From: Octopus bimaculoides
Lineage: Eukaryota
Reading direction: 5' to 3'
Length of the DNA: 64,000 bases
NCBI RefSeq assembly: GCF_001194135.2
Contig: NC_068985.1
Coordinates: 124,583,285 to 124,647,284, forward strand
The translations under genes and the position numbers were made by a program. The notes under the pieces are model-generated. The model searched no databases. It worked only from the letters and a program-made list of their open reading frames with translations, and had not been told where the DNA came from. This document shows, piece after piece, positions 41,316 to 51,728 of the stretch. Within the stretch, counting starts at the first letter, position 1. Each line of letters begins with the position of its first letter.

Positions 41316-42860
41316 ACTCTTTCCTTCCCTCTTACTTCAAACTTTTAACCATGTAATTCCCCTCTTCATTTCATTAACGTTTCTCTCTTCCTCTTTACCT
41401 CTCACTGCCACTCACCATGCTGTCACGTTGTTAGTGGAAGTGGGTATCTGCTATTTCTCTTACTTCTCCTCCCTCTCTCTCACTCTCACACTGCCTCTCT
41501 CTGTCACTCTCACTCTACCTCCCCTTTCACTAACAAAGCATAACATATGAATGAACAAACAAGTCGAATTATAATATAGATGTGTGTATGTATACATATG
41601 TGTGTGCACTGTTACATGAGATATGTAATGTTTTCAAGAATGTATAATTATCACCACTTTCCAAATTTCTTTCCTTGAACTCTTGAATATATTGTCTACA
41701 TAGGATGTCATTAATTCTACAAAGTCCAGTTTGTTGAGGTGGTCATTTCAGGCTTATTATTTTCTTGCCTTCTTGTTCACTTTTATCATTTTTAAATGTC
41801 AGTCTATCATGGTCTCTCATCTCCCTCGCTCACCATTCTCCCTTATCCTTTTTTTTTTTTGCCAAAATGCAAGGTGAAACTTTAAGGTCCCTCATTGTAT
41901 TTTCAGCGGTATGTGGGGGGTTCTAACAGCAATCGTATCAGCAGTGCAGTCGGAGACAAAGACAAGAGAAGTGGATCCTTCCTTCATAGGGAGAAATCAG
42001 CACTCTCTGCTGAGGGACGCCCAAACACAACACGGGTTTGTTAGATTTCAATTCTTAATATTAGAATTAGAAATATTAGTCTTAGTTGCTTCCCACAGTT
42101 GACATCTCTCACTTGACATGTTTTCTTCAGATTCTGATAAAGACCTGCAGAGAGCTTTTTTTCTTCTCTTTTTTTTTGTGTCAAGGTTTTCCCCTCAATG
42201 AATCCAAACATTTTGTCTTCAAAGATTTTACACCATTAATAAAATATTTATATGCCATTGTAATAATCTAGCACATTTGGCGAGAAAAGTATTGAGCTGT
42301 ATTAGGTGCTTATTATTGTAATTGCTGATGTTGTTGTTGTTTATTACTATTATTATTATCATTAAGGTGATGAGCTGGCAGAATCATTAGCACTCCAGGA
42401 TAAATGCTTAGCGACATCTCGTCCATCTTTATATTCTGGGTTCCAATGCTGCAAGGGTTAACTTTGCCTTTTATCCTTTTAGGGTCAATAAAATAAATAC
42501 CAATTGAGCACTGAGGTCAAAGTAATTAACTTAGCCCCTTCCCCCGAAATTGCTGGCCTTGTGTCAAATTTTGAAATCATTATTATTAGCATTATTACTA
42601 CTACTACTACTACTACTAGTTCTAATATTATATAAAATGGTGAGTTGACAGAATCATTACTTTGCCAGACAATTGACTGCATTTTTCTGGCTCTTTACAT
42701 TCTGAGTTCAAATTCCACTGAGGTTGACTTTGCTTTTCATCCTTTTGGGATCAATACAATAATTATCAGTACTGGAATCAATGACAACAACTATCCACCT
42801 CCCCCAAAATTTCTGGCCTTGTGCCTTTAGTAAAAAAGAATTATTATCATTGTTATTTTT

Positions 42861-42893
<33 letters not shown>

Positions 42894-45800
42894 GAAGGCA
42901 TCACACAATATATAATATTGTGATGTTGTAGATTGAAAATATAGAGTGTACCAAGGATTTGTGTTGTCTAAGTCATAATAAGGGTCCCAGACAGACAGCA
43001 CTTTACACACTATACGTGCAGCTCCAAGTAAAGCTGATTTTTGCAACACACTAAGATTGAAGGGTATTTCTAAGGTGTCCAGGTGTTTCTTTAGCTTGGG
43101 TGGTATTGAATCTAATTCTCTGATGACAACAGGAACAACCTTTATATTTGACTCACATGGCTGCAACATCTTGGCAATTTCTATTTTCAGGTTTCCATAT
43201 TTATTGACCCTTTCTCTTTCCTTCATGACAATATGTTGATCTCCTGGCACTGTCACATCAGTTATTAGGCACTCTTGTCTGTCCCTCTTAAAGGCTACTG
43301 TATCTGGCCTTAGGTGCTTAACACTTTGTCTAGATGTCAAAGTCCTTGGGAATCTTTGCCTTATTATTATAATTATTATCATTATTATTGTGGTGAATTA
43401 ACAGAGTCATTTGAAGTCATAAAAATGCCTTACAGTATTTGTTTTAGCTTTTTACATTCTGAATTCGCATACCAGCAAGGCCAACTTTTCCTTTCACCAT
43501 TTGTGGATCAATAAAATAACATGCCAATCTAATTCTGAGATTGCTGTAATGCCTTGCCCATCTCCCTTCAAAACAGCTGGCTTTGAGCCTAAACTTGACA
43601 CCATTATTATTAAAGAAGTGGAATGGTAATATTGGTAGAGCATTGGATAAAATTCTTTTTGTCTGAATTTCATCCTTCATTTAAAAGTGCTTTGAGTTTT
43701 GCAAGAACAATAGGAATGGCCTGAATACTTTGTGGTATTTAGTTAAATTGTCTTGGATTCCAATGTCGTCCACTTCGTTTTTCATTCTTTCAGAATCAAT
43801 AAAATAAAATGCCATTCTTACACACCAGTCAATAAAATCGTCTGACTTCCTCCCACCAAACTTCTAACTTTCTGCTTAATCAGATTTCAGAATTGTTACA
43901 ACACTGGACAAAATGCCTTGTGATGTTTTTTTTTTTTTTTATGGTTCTTTACACTCTGAGTTTAAATCCTACTGAAGTCAACTTTGTTTCAATACCAACA
44001 GGGTCAACTTTGCCTTTCGTCCATTTGGGGGTCAAGAAAATAAAGCACCAATCATACCCTGGGTTCAATGTATTTGACTACCACCCCACTCCCTTCAAAA
44101 TTGCTGCTCTAGTACCAAACTTTGAAACCCATATTATTATTGAAGTAATAAAAAACCACAAATATTAGTGAAACTGATGCAATGCCATTTGATATTTAGT
44201 TACATTATTTTGCATGCAGATTTTAGTTTTTACCAGAGACTGAATTTAATTTACATCCTTCTGAGATAAATGATAAAAGTTCCAGTCATACAAGAGTACT
44301 GTTTAAACCAGCTAGACTTAATCTCAACAGATCTATTGTCTTATACTCATACAATTTAATTTCTGTTGTGCTGCACTGCTGTATAAACTTATTTTCATCT
44401 ATCTTCAGAGTTCAAATCCTGTTAGGGTTGAATTTTCCTTTCATTCTCTCATGGTTAATAAAATAAGTACCAGACCTACATTATCTCATTGAAGCTTTTT
44501 TGTTTCAAATTAGTATACTAGGGTTAACATTTGCCATTTAGTCATTTAAAGTTGTTGAATATAAATTTCTGACATTGACGCATGCGTACGAACAGCCATG
44601 CTACATGGCAGTGAAACATGGGCTGTAACTGCTGAGGACATACGTAAGCTCGCAAGGAATGAAGCCAGTATGCTCCGTTGGATGTGTAATGTCAATGTGA
44701 ATACCCGTCAGAGTGTAAGTATCTTGAGAGAAAAGCTGAACATTAGAAGCATCAGTTGTGGCGTGCAAGAGAGACGATTGCGCTGGTATGGACATGTGGT
44801 GAGAATGGATGAGGATAGCTGCGTGAAAAAGTGCCACACCCTAACAGTTGAGGGAACCCGTGGAAGAGGTAGGCCCAGGAAGACCTGGGNNNNNNNNNNN
44901 NNNNNNNNNNNNNNNNNNNNNNNNNNNNNNNNNNNNNNNNNNNNNNNNNNNNNNNNNNNNNNNNNNNNNNNNNNNNNNNNNNNNNNNNNNNNNNNNNNNN
45001 NNNNNNNNNNNNNNNNNNNNNNNNNNNNNNNNNNNNNNNNNNNNNNNNNNNNNNNNNNNNNNNNNNNNNNNNNNNNNNNNNNNNNNNNNNNNNNNNNNNN
45101 NNNNNNNNNNNNNNNNNNNNNNNNNNNNNNNNNNNNNNNNNNNNNNNNNNNNNNNNNNNNNNNNNNNNNNNNNNNCAGTACCGCCTGACTGGCTCCCATA
45201 GGATTTTCGAGTGAGATCGTTGCCAGTGCCCCTGGACTGGCTTGTGCGGGTGGCACATAAAAGACACCATTTCGAGCGTGGCCGTTTTCGTGCGGGTGAC
45301 ACGTAAAAGCACCCACTACACTCTCAGAGTGGTTGGCGTTAGGAAGGGCATCCAGCTGTAGAAACTCTGCCAAATTAGATTGGAGCCTGGTGTTGCCATC
45401 CGGTTTCACCAGTCCTCAGTCAAATCGTCCAACCCATGCTAGCATGGAAAGCGGACGTTAAACGATGATGATGATGATGATGATGATACAAGGCCGTAAA
45501 TTTTGAGAAGGGATGGTTAAAGTCACTTTAATGAACCAGAATTTGACTGGTATTTTATTTTATCAACACTGAAAGGATGACAGACAAATTTGACCTCAAT
45601 GGCAGAATGATTCTGCAACTCCTCTATCACTACCTTAGCCAAATGTAGGCACCATTAATATTCATTCAACCATAAACCTTTCCATTTTGGAAAAGTGTCC
45701 TTAAAAAAAAATCATAATTTGACTATTGTTGTTCTTATTGTTTAGTCTTAAGTGAACCTTGATCAAGTACACCTACAATCAGATGTGTCCTTCTCATTTT

Positions 45801-48800
45801 AAGCTTGTAAGGTGTGATTTGATAGAGATTTAGCTATTTCTAATGGTTGGAACAACTATACTGAGGTTCTCTTGTTGGTTTATTACAAAAGAATCATATC
45901 CTCTTAACTATTGCCAGGAATCCACCCCTATTCTATAGCATATAATACATAATATATCAACATAATGAATTTCGTATATTGTAATATGAAGTCATGGAAT
46001 AGAGGTGAATTCTCAGAGATAGTTAATGAGATATATTTTATAATTATCTTAATTTAAAATTAACTATCTTAAGACAGTAATAAGAGGAAAATAATGATCC
46101 CTGATGCTTCTGGATAGAATGTTACCAATTATTTTGTAGGAAGAAGGTAACTTCCTAAGAAATGCCTGAGACCTAAATTAAATAAAATAACTAGAATTAA
46201 GAGTCTTATCACTCAACACAAAGGAGAATGCTTAAGATTGGATATAAAACCAAAATAACCCAGGAATTAGTAACTCCAATGTCTTACTCTCTCTCAGTCA
46301 AACTATCACTCAGCAATACAAATGTCTCTCTAATATATTTTTCTGAATATTTCATTGTGAACTCATTAGAACTCTAAAACTGATTTAGCTTTAATTTCAA
46401 GCTGAAGCCAATTCATTTCAGTTACAATGCTAACACTCTTGGAAATGGTATTTTATAGCATTTCAGTTTTGCTTTTTGGAATATGTTTGTTCCTACTCAT
46501 TTAAACCCAATATTATTAAAAATGTTTATTTAAGTCACCTAAAAAGACTATACATTTTGTTTCATGTGTTATACTGATACAGCCACTACACTAGCACTGT
46601 GTCATCCCTGATTCTGTTGTTTTCCTTAAAAATTATAGTCTGAGACACCATTCAGTACACTGTTGATGCGTCGGTCCTCTACACCTCCTTGGCAACAGAC
46701 TCTCAATTCCAGCAGAGGGCATTCACTGATAGGTAAGCAACTGAGCTGAATCAAGTTTGATATATAAATTTAACTAACATATAACCACTTACTTAGATAC
46801 ATACATATTTATGTTTAGTACTTGTATTTTCTGCCATGCTATGGTTTTGATTTACAGTAGACATTAGTAATAGTTGCAAAAGCAAAAGGTATACTTGTTG
46901 TTTTACTTCTCCAACTATTACAAGAGTCTGCAAAACTTAAAACATGGAGCATGCTCCTTATATCAGGTTTTGTATTTAAGATGTGAAATATATAATTACC
47001 AACGTTAATGACCACAAGTTTAATGGCTATGTCTTTTAATTTCCACTGTCCAGAAGTATCCATTTTGCATGTCATTTTACTTTCAGGTGGTCAAAATGTA
47101 ACTTTAGGAATCAGTGGCAACAGCCTACAGCCTTTTGTCAGTGGAGATATCCATTCACATATGTCTTTACCCCAAGAAGATATACCAGAAGCAGATGAAC
47201 TCCACCCAGAAATTATTTGTTCTTCATGGGGTAGGCAGATTCAGTTTCTATACTACAGTGTCATTTCCATTATCTCTTGTCTTTTCTATTTTGTAAATAA
47301 TGAGCTGGTATCACCAAAAAGTGACAGGTATATTCAATTCACCTTATTTTGAATTAAATATCAATTTTGAATATTTTAGAGGAATTGACCTTGTGGTTAT
47401 AAATGACTGGCACTCTGTCGGTTGCGATGACAAGGGTTCCAGTTGATCCAATCAACAGAACAGCTTGCTCAAGAAATTAACATGTAAGTGGCTGAGCACT
47501 CCACAGACACGTGTACCCTTAATGTAATTCTCAGGGAGATTCAGCATGACACAGAATGTGACAAGGCTGACCCTTTTGAAATACAGGGGCTACTCATTTT
47601 TGCCAGCTAAATGGACTGGAGCAACGTGAAATAAAGTGTCTTGCTCAAGGACACTATGCATTACTGGAACTGAACTCACAACCTTATGATCATGAGCCAA
47701 AATGCCCTAACCACTAAGCCATGCGCCTTCACTTTTATAAATGACTAAGTAAATATTAAATGCATTCACTCTTATTATATTTTGGGAGTTGGATGAGTGA
47801 CAAAGTGTCTTTTTTTTTGTATTCTATTACAAGTACTAGTCGTTAGCTATTGGTTGTGAATCACTATGACTATCTCTAATGAATTATTCTTTAATCCTCA
47901 TCCTGATTGGGCAATTCTGTGATGAAAGGTGTTCTAGTCATGATTGTCCCATTTGTCTCTCAAGTATTGTGCATCTAGTACTACATGTTCCTTTGATTTT
48001 AAGTTGTTAGTGTAATTTGAAGGAGATCAGATTTCTAGAAGGTCAAACAATCACGTTGAGGCTTCCTTGTTGGAATGTACCCCTATCAAGTAATTTTCTC
48101 AGAAGGTTGTTCCATCATATAATTTCATCAATTTTGTCATAATATTACAAAAATCTTGGCTAAAAAGTGCCTACCTAGTAAGCAGGTACTAATAAGTAAC
48201 CTGCTCAGAACTTATTAAGATGACATCATATCCACAAATACATCTCCAAATGCAGGAACAAAATCACAGCACATAAGTGGAAAATATATTTCCTATTTTT
48301 AAGAATGCCATTAATACCAACAGTTTTACTCAAATATTTTTATTGTTAGTACTCCTATTTTTTTAGTAATTTGACCCAGATCATGCTCAGTGAGGGATGT
48401 GGTTACCCTGATCATCTTAATGCATATTCCAGAGCATTAAAACATTGTTGGTAATACTTTGTAATATGTAATACAACATTGCTGACAATGATAAACAGAA
48501 ATTATATCTATGATCATGGATTGATTGAAAATTCATGACCTAATAAACTATTTGGTTCTGAAGAATGTGGCATTTTTTTTAAAGGTAATTATTGATTAAG
48601 TGACTGACCTTTTCAAGAGAAACCTTCATATTCTGATTACATCTTATAAATTTTTCCAACTTGTAATGAAAATTGGTCAGAATTGAGGATTAGGGAACTG
48701 ATGCAAAATAACTGGCATGATAAAAGATAAAGTTTCAAATAAAATTGACCATCTGATACATGATTAAATTGTCATGTGTATGCCACACGAAGTGTGACTT

Positions 48801-51302
48801 GCTTGTTTTCATGATAAAAATTCATTACTCAATGTTATATGTTTAAATTTATGCTAAAGAAGCTGAACAACTTAGTGGTACAGTAAAATCAAACAACAGT
48901 ACAAAAATTTCTGAAATTTCATTAAATTATAATAAAGTTTCTAATGATCCAAATCCAAATAAAAGTAATATAAAAATAGAATAACCAGTGGAAAAGTTAT
49001 GTAAAAATATTATATCATCACAAAAAATTTGTCCATATTAGGATAAGATATTAATTTATATAGGAAAATTGGTTATTTAGCAAATGTATGCATGGCTATG
49101 ATATCAAATATTACTATATGCATGCATCCTGAAATTTTGGGGGAAGGGACTAGTCAATTACATCAACCTCAATGTCCAACTGGTACTTATTTTATCAACC
49201 TCGAAAGGATGAAAGGCAAACTCAACTTTGGCAGCATTTGAACACAGAACATAATGATGGATGAAATGTCACTAAGCATTTTGCCCAGCACACTAATGAT
49301 TCTGCCAGCTCTCTACCTTGATGGAAGATATGATGATGATATCATCATCATCTTCATTTAATGTTTGTTTTCCATGTTGGCATAGGTCAGAATGTTCGAC
49401 AGGAGCTGGTAAGGCCGAAGACGGCACCAGGCTCCATTATCTGTTCTGGCATGGTTTCTATAGCTGGATGCCCTTCATAATACCAACTACTTTACAGAGT
49501 ATACTGGGTGCTTTTTACATGGCACTGGCACCATCATTAGTGCCTTGTACATGACACCAGCACCAGTACTTTTTATGTGGCACCATCACCAGTATTAATT
49601 CTGCTGTGGTGGATGGGTCTTCTTGAGTTCTGCAAGGTGCCAGATATCTCAGTCTTTTGTCATCTCCTTTGTAAGGCTCAGTGTCTTGAGATTGGCCTTC
49701 AGTACTTCATTCCATATCATCTTACTTCTCCTTCCACGAGTTACATCCTCTTGAAATTTGTTATAAATCTTCAACCCAATTAACCAATCATAAAAGTTTC
49801 AATTTTCATTTTATTCTATTAGTAGTATATATGAATCAAATATTGAAGCTAAATCAATATATATTCTTTTCTACTCTAGGCACAAGGCCCGAAATGTTTT
49901 TGGGGAGGGGGAGCCAGTCGATTAGATCGACCCCAGTATGCAACTGGTACTTAATTTATTGAACCTGAAAGGATGAAAAGCAAAGTCAGCCTCGGCGGGA
50001 TTTGAACCCAGAACGTAAAGTCAGGCGAAATACTGCTAAGCATTCCACTCAGCGTGCTAACGTTTCTGCTGGCTCACCAACTTGCTATTTCAATACAAAT
50101 TGGTTAAATTTGAATTAACTTCCAGCACCACTGGAACATTGATTTAAATACATATAAAAATATCTTTATTAGAACCTCTATCAACAATATTACATGATTA
50201 TTGGAATAAAAATGTTCTAGTTGAAGGAAAATGCTTATTAAACATTAGAATAGGAAATAAACAACCACAAAATTTAGAAGCCTTTGTTAACAGTTCTAAA
50301 ATGGGTTCAAATAAATTCACAGTTAACTGGTTAAAAACATTTAATATGTCACTAATACCTATGTTCAACAGTATTACTAATATAGTAAATTCAAATAACA
50401 AACAATTACAAAACAGAGAGAAAAAAAATGAATGTGAAGATGTGCACAAGAAACATTAATTTGATGCTCAGTGAAAGGAGTTCATGTTTCAAGCATAGCT
50501 CTTCATCAGAAAGAGAAAATTCCAAAGAAAAAGAAGGAAAAATAAGGGAAAATTGTCAGCAATCCATGTGTGGTTACATTTCAGAAATGTAATTGCATGT
50601 GGATTGTTGGCAATTTTTCCTTATTCTTCCTTCTTTCTCTTTGGACTTTTCTCTTTCCAATGAAGAGCTATGCTCAAAACATTAACAACTCTCTCCTTTC
50701 ACTGAACATCAAATTAATATATTTCTTGTGCACATCTTCACATTCATTTTTTTTCTCTCTGTTTTTTTTTTCTCTGATTTGAATTGTTTGTTCTTTGACT
50801 TGACTATTCTACTTATTTTATATTCAAACTGGTCAGATCTGGCATCTCACACCAACCCTACATTATCATTCTAAAAATTAACAGTTGCCTCATCAAATTC
50901 TCAAAATTACAAAATGCATGATTAATTCAAAACAATGTGAATAAATAAGCCTTACATTTGACAAAATAATGTGAATGCTAAAGGTTTAAACCATATGTAT
51001 TGCAAATATATTAAATGAGATATTAATTGAATGGTCAATGTAGAATAGTGTATGTTCTAACCTATTATAACAGTTATTGTAGCACAAATAAAATTTTTGT
51101 TTCATTCCATGATTTTGCTTGAATCTTTGGCTTTCTTCGCCTTGTTGCTGCTTTCTGCCTCTCCTTTGCTATAGAGTTGTAATGTACAGGAACACAGTAT
51201 ATGTCACTCTTTATATACTTGACTCCTATTTCAGCTCCAGCTACAACCAGTAACAAACCCTTACGGAGAAACCAGCAGTATAGTACTACAGTTCAATCTT
51301 GA
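9806..51302 (+). CDS. FAM149B1: FAM149B1-like (DUF3719 family) cilium-assembly protein, 15 coding exons, about 588 aa
   Basis: Manual splice join 9806-9813,15151-15283,18967-19109,23226-23375,27212-27382,28922-29060,30449-30500,32188-32282,34109-34233,35134-35302,37189-37335,41907-42035,46639-46732,47087-47230,51235-51302. All introns are GT..AG, phases are compatible, total 1767 nt with no internal stop. Recalled FAM149 motifs: WGNDESEKKAAGKIQVLFNEINEILYE, ECEEWSLQFPHLRVLGQQ, EEIIEKDGNVEEIIAID, GYPPITP..C..E.....FDYTW, LSSPP, LPPI, RPNTT. Confidence 0.9.
9917..10000 (-). ncRNA. Type I hammerhead ribozyme with long stem II, intact
   Basis: UUCC-CUGAUGA-G AAGG UUACAA...UUGUAA U CCUU U-GAAAC-AUAU-GUA-GGAA; 4 bp stem I, 11 bp bulged stem II, palindromic ACAUAUGU stem III. 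Confidence 0.85.
14411..14456 (-). ncRNA. Minimal type I hammerhead ribozyme (PLE family A), core intact
   Basis: GACAC-CUGAUGA-A-GGCUG(GAGGGUAUAU)CAGCC-GAAAC-GUU-GUGUU: 5 bp stem I, 5 bp stem II, palindromic AACGUU stem III, one extra A after A9. Confidence 0.85.
14747..14792 (+). ncRNA. Family A hammerhead copy, degenerate
   Basis: CUGAUGA and GAAAC kept; stem III ACGU changed to ACAU; one stem II change (CAGUC). Confidence 0.6.
15151..15283 (+). CDS. FAM149B1: FAM149B1-like coding exon 2
   Basis: ctaacag|G..GAT|gtaatt; YQSVKSSPSLSNVSLKEGSHNFTRTLTGNTTDRSSVDDPFWGND. Confidence 0.85.
15870..16475. repeat. Degenerate minisatellite, about 42 bp unit, about 14 copies
   Basis: Recurring catactttctgtatagtcaccacagtatcaaacatagtgaa-like unit. 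Confidence 0.85.
16478..17694 (+). mobile_element. Decayed mariner transposon (about 1.2 kb) with TIRs
   Basis: TIRs ttggattagaacaaaagttcata / tatgaacttttgttccacccaa; frameshifted transposase with KWF.RYRSENFDLED..SGRP, VWVPHNL, HPPYSPNLMPLDYHIF. Confidence 0.92.
18967..19109 (+). CDS. FAM149B1: FAM149B1-like coding exon 3 (DUF3719 core)
   Basis: ESEKKAAGKIQVLFNEINEILYEQQRPIGSSDMYHECEEWSLQFPHLR; acceptor acaaag, donor gttttc. Confidence 0.92.
20480..20640 (+). mobile_element. Degenerate RTE LINE fragment
   Basis: NEASMLCRMCNVS...IRCCVQER matches the RTE C-terminal segment at 44598. Confidence 0.7.
21215..22560 (+). mobile_element. RTE-clade LINE 3' portion with long pyrimidine-rich 3' UTR
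   Basis: SRIRIGWRKFRELLPLL...KGRLYDACV...HGSETWAL, RGRPRKVWDEV; the UTR recurs at 1-130 (-) and 35560-35660 (-). Confidence 0.88.
23226..23375 (+). CDS. FAM149B1: FAM149B1-like coding exon 4
   Basis: tttttcag|A..TT|gtaagt; VLGQQIFPSEEQGYDAVPRLP...DSDLQ continues the FPHLR-VLG motif. Confidence 0.9.
24557..24783 (+). mobile_element. tRNA-derived SINE family S1 (representative copy) with (ATT)n tail
   Basis: Head ggcagcgagctggcagaatcgttagc, B-box-like ctgagttcaaattcc, core ctttcatcctttc.gggtc.ataaaataagtaccag; more than 25 copies seen in the window. Confidence 0.9.
27212..27382 (+). CDS. FAM149B1: FAM149B1-like coding exon 5
   Basis: LNITGKSAE...DAFEEIIEKDGNVEEIIAIDYPE; donor gttagt. Confidence 0.9.
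28922..29060 (+). CDS. FAM149B1: FAM149B1-like coding exon 6
   Basis: IDTLPDGQRRCPKSSHCYRTGYPPITPLACVQENIASAMFDYTWNE; donor gtaaga. Confidence 0.92.
30449..30500 (+). CDS. FAM149B1: FAM149B1-like coding exon 7
   Basis: ttttttacag|VLVWMKNLLSMYFEYVR|gtaaga; phase 0 to 1. Confidence 0.85.
32188..32282 (+). CDS. FAM149B1: FAM149B1-like coding exon 8
   Basis: tttaacag|GVEKAILLPLPTYRAEIHNISREASSMYNYPK|gtcagt. Confidence 0.8.
32943..32983 (+). ncRNA. Minimal type I hammerhead ribozyme, stem I partly mismatched
   Basis: CUUCA-CUGAUGA-GGUAU(AAUA)AUACU-GAAAC-AU-GUC-UAAAA; palindromic ACAUGU stem III; GUC triplet. Confidence 0.75.
34109..34233 (+). CDS. FAM149B1: FAM149B1-like coding exon 9
   Basis: ctctgtag|VSLPTRTPSFITSTASWKPQSLDGILTVKQKDIVERPGAIL|gtgagt. 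Confidence 0.85.
35134..35302 (+). CDS. FAM149B1: FAM149B1-like coding exon 10
   Basis: ttattacag|DGSDISLPTP...SRPGSVKYNRLIKPLRLAPLHNVQERSRTPCM|gttagt. Confidence 0.88.
35560..35903 (-). mobile_element. RTE LINE 3' fragment
   Basis: LRETLGIRGI...FGHMMHM.EDSWIQKC..LKVDGTRGRGRPRKTWDEMV. Confidence 0.9.
37189..37335 (+). CDS. FAM149B1: FAM149B1-like coding exon 11
   Basis: cttttcag|DEEVLKVTKLMPAGSESLSSPPSLLGFRNGCLPPICSTVSLETPVGRPQ|gtattg. Confidence 0.9.
40065..40450 (+). mobile_element. tRNA-derived SINE family S2 (ggcatggctgtgtggtt...), other copies at 25497 and 29302
   Basis: A/B-box-like head and shared body gtgtcttc..ctatagcc..ggcc..cca across three copies. Confidence 0.75.
41907..42035 (+). 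CDS. FAM149B1: FAM149B1-like coding exon 12
   Basis: attttcag|RYVGGSNSNRISSAVGDKDKRSGSFLHREKSALSAEGRPNTTR|gtttgt; RPNTT motif. Confidence 0.85.
42362..44480 (+). mobile_element. Cluster of at least 6 head-to-tail S1 SINE copies
   Basis: Copies near 42362, 42635, 43390, 43620, 43890 and 44390, separated by (ATT)-rich tails. Confidence 0.8.
42860..43360 (-). mobile_element. R4/Dong-like non-LTR retrotransposon 3' end (restriction-like endonuclease) with (GAT)n tail
   Basis: HLRPDTVAF..DRQECLITDVTVPGD...KERERVNKYGNLKIEI...VVPVVI...LQKSALLGAARIVCKVL fits the PD..D..P...K..KY RLE motif. Confidence 0.85.
44575..45487 (+). mobile_element. RTE LINE 3' end and 3' UTR ending in (GAT)n, spanning an N gap
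   Basis: MLHGSETWAV...LRWYGHVVRM...GRGRPRKTW; after the gap, a UTR ending ccatgctagcatggaaagcggacgttaaac(gat)n. Related tails at 22575-22860 (+), 22880-23160 (-) and 49330-49560 (-). Confidence 0.85.
46639..46732 (+). CDS. FAM149B1: FAM149B1-like coding exon 13
   Basis: ttatag|SETPFSTLLMRRSSTPPWQQTLNSSRGHSLI|gtaagc. Confidence 0.8.
47087..47230 (+). CDS. FAM149B1: FAM149B1-like coding exon 14
   Basis: actttcag|GGQNVTLGISGNSLQPF...HPEIICSSW|gtaggc. Confidence 0.8.
47395..47732 (-). mobile_element. tRNA-derived SINE family S3; other copies at 39545-39850, 36530-36810, 8030-8200, 11925-12060
   Basis: The - strand head gtgaaggcgcatggcttagtggttagggc; shared body gtgtccttgagcaag(a/g)cac. Confidence 0.8.
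49862..50080 (-). mobile_element. S1 SINE, young full-length copy
   Basis: Complete head to tail, CpG-retaining. Confidence 0.9.
50410..50765. mobile_element. Foldback palindrome (about 175 bp arms) with degenerate hammerhead cores; probable PLE pLTR derivative
   Basis: Arms invert about tttcagaaa (about 50582). The - arm reads CUGAUGA-A-GAGC(UAU)GCUU-GAAAC at 50486-50509; the + arm has a decayed copy at 50657-50680. Confidence 0.75.
51235..51302 (+). CDS. FAM149B1: FAM149B1-like terminal coding exon 15
   Basis: ctatttcag|APATTSNKPLRRNQQYSTTVQS-TGA; phase compatible; an AATAAA lies near 51520. Confidence 0.7.
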
Positions 51303-51689
51303 TGCTTGCAATTCAGGGTCCTTACAACTCCAGAGACATCATCAACAACAGCAACATATGCAGGGATGAAGATCCAAAACTTATGTTGCTTACACCATTC
51401 TCCAACTATTGTAACTTTCAGCAAAATGTACAGAGTTTTTGTGGGGTTTTTTTTTTTATCTATCTTTGTCTCTTTTTTTAAAGAGAAACTTTTTGATTAA
51501 ATCAATAACAACGACAACAAATAAATACAAAGCACATTCAACTAATCATAACCATCACTGAAGCAATTAATTTTTTTTTTTTTTCTTGCTCTATATTTTT
51601 ACAAACATCTTCAGTACCATTGTTTCCGTCCAACATACTCACACAAAGGCACATGTACCTGTGTGTTTATCAATATGTATATACATTTA

Positions 51690-51728
<39 letters not shown>

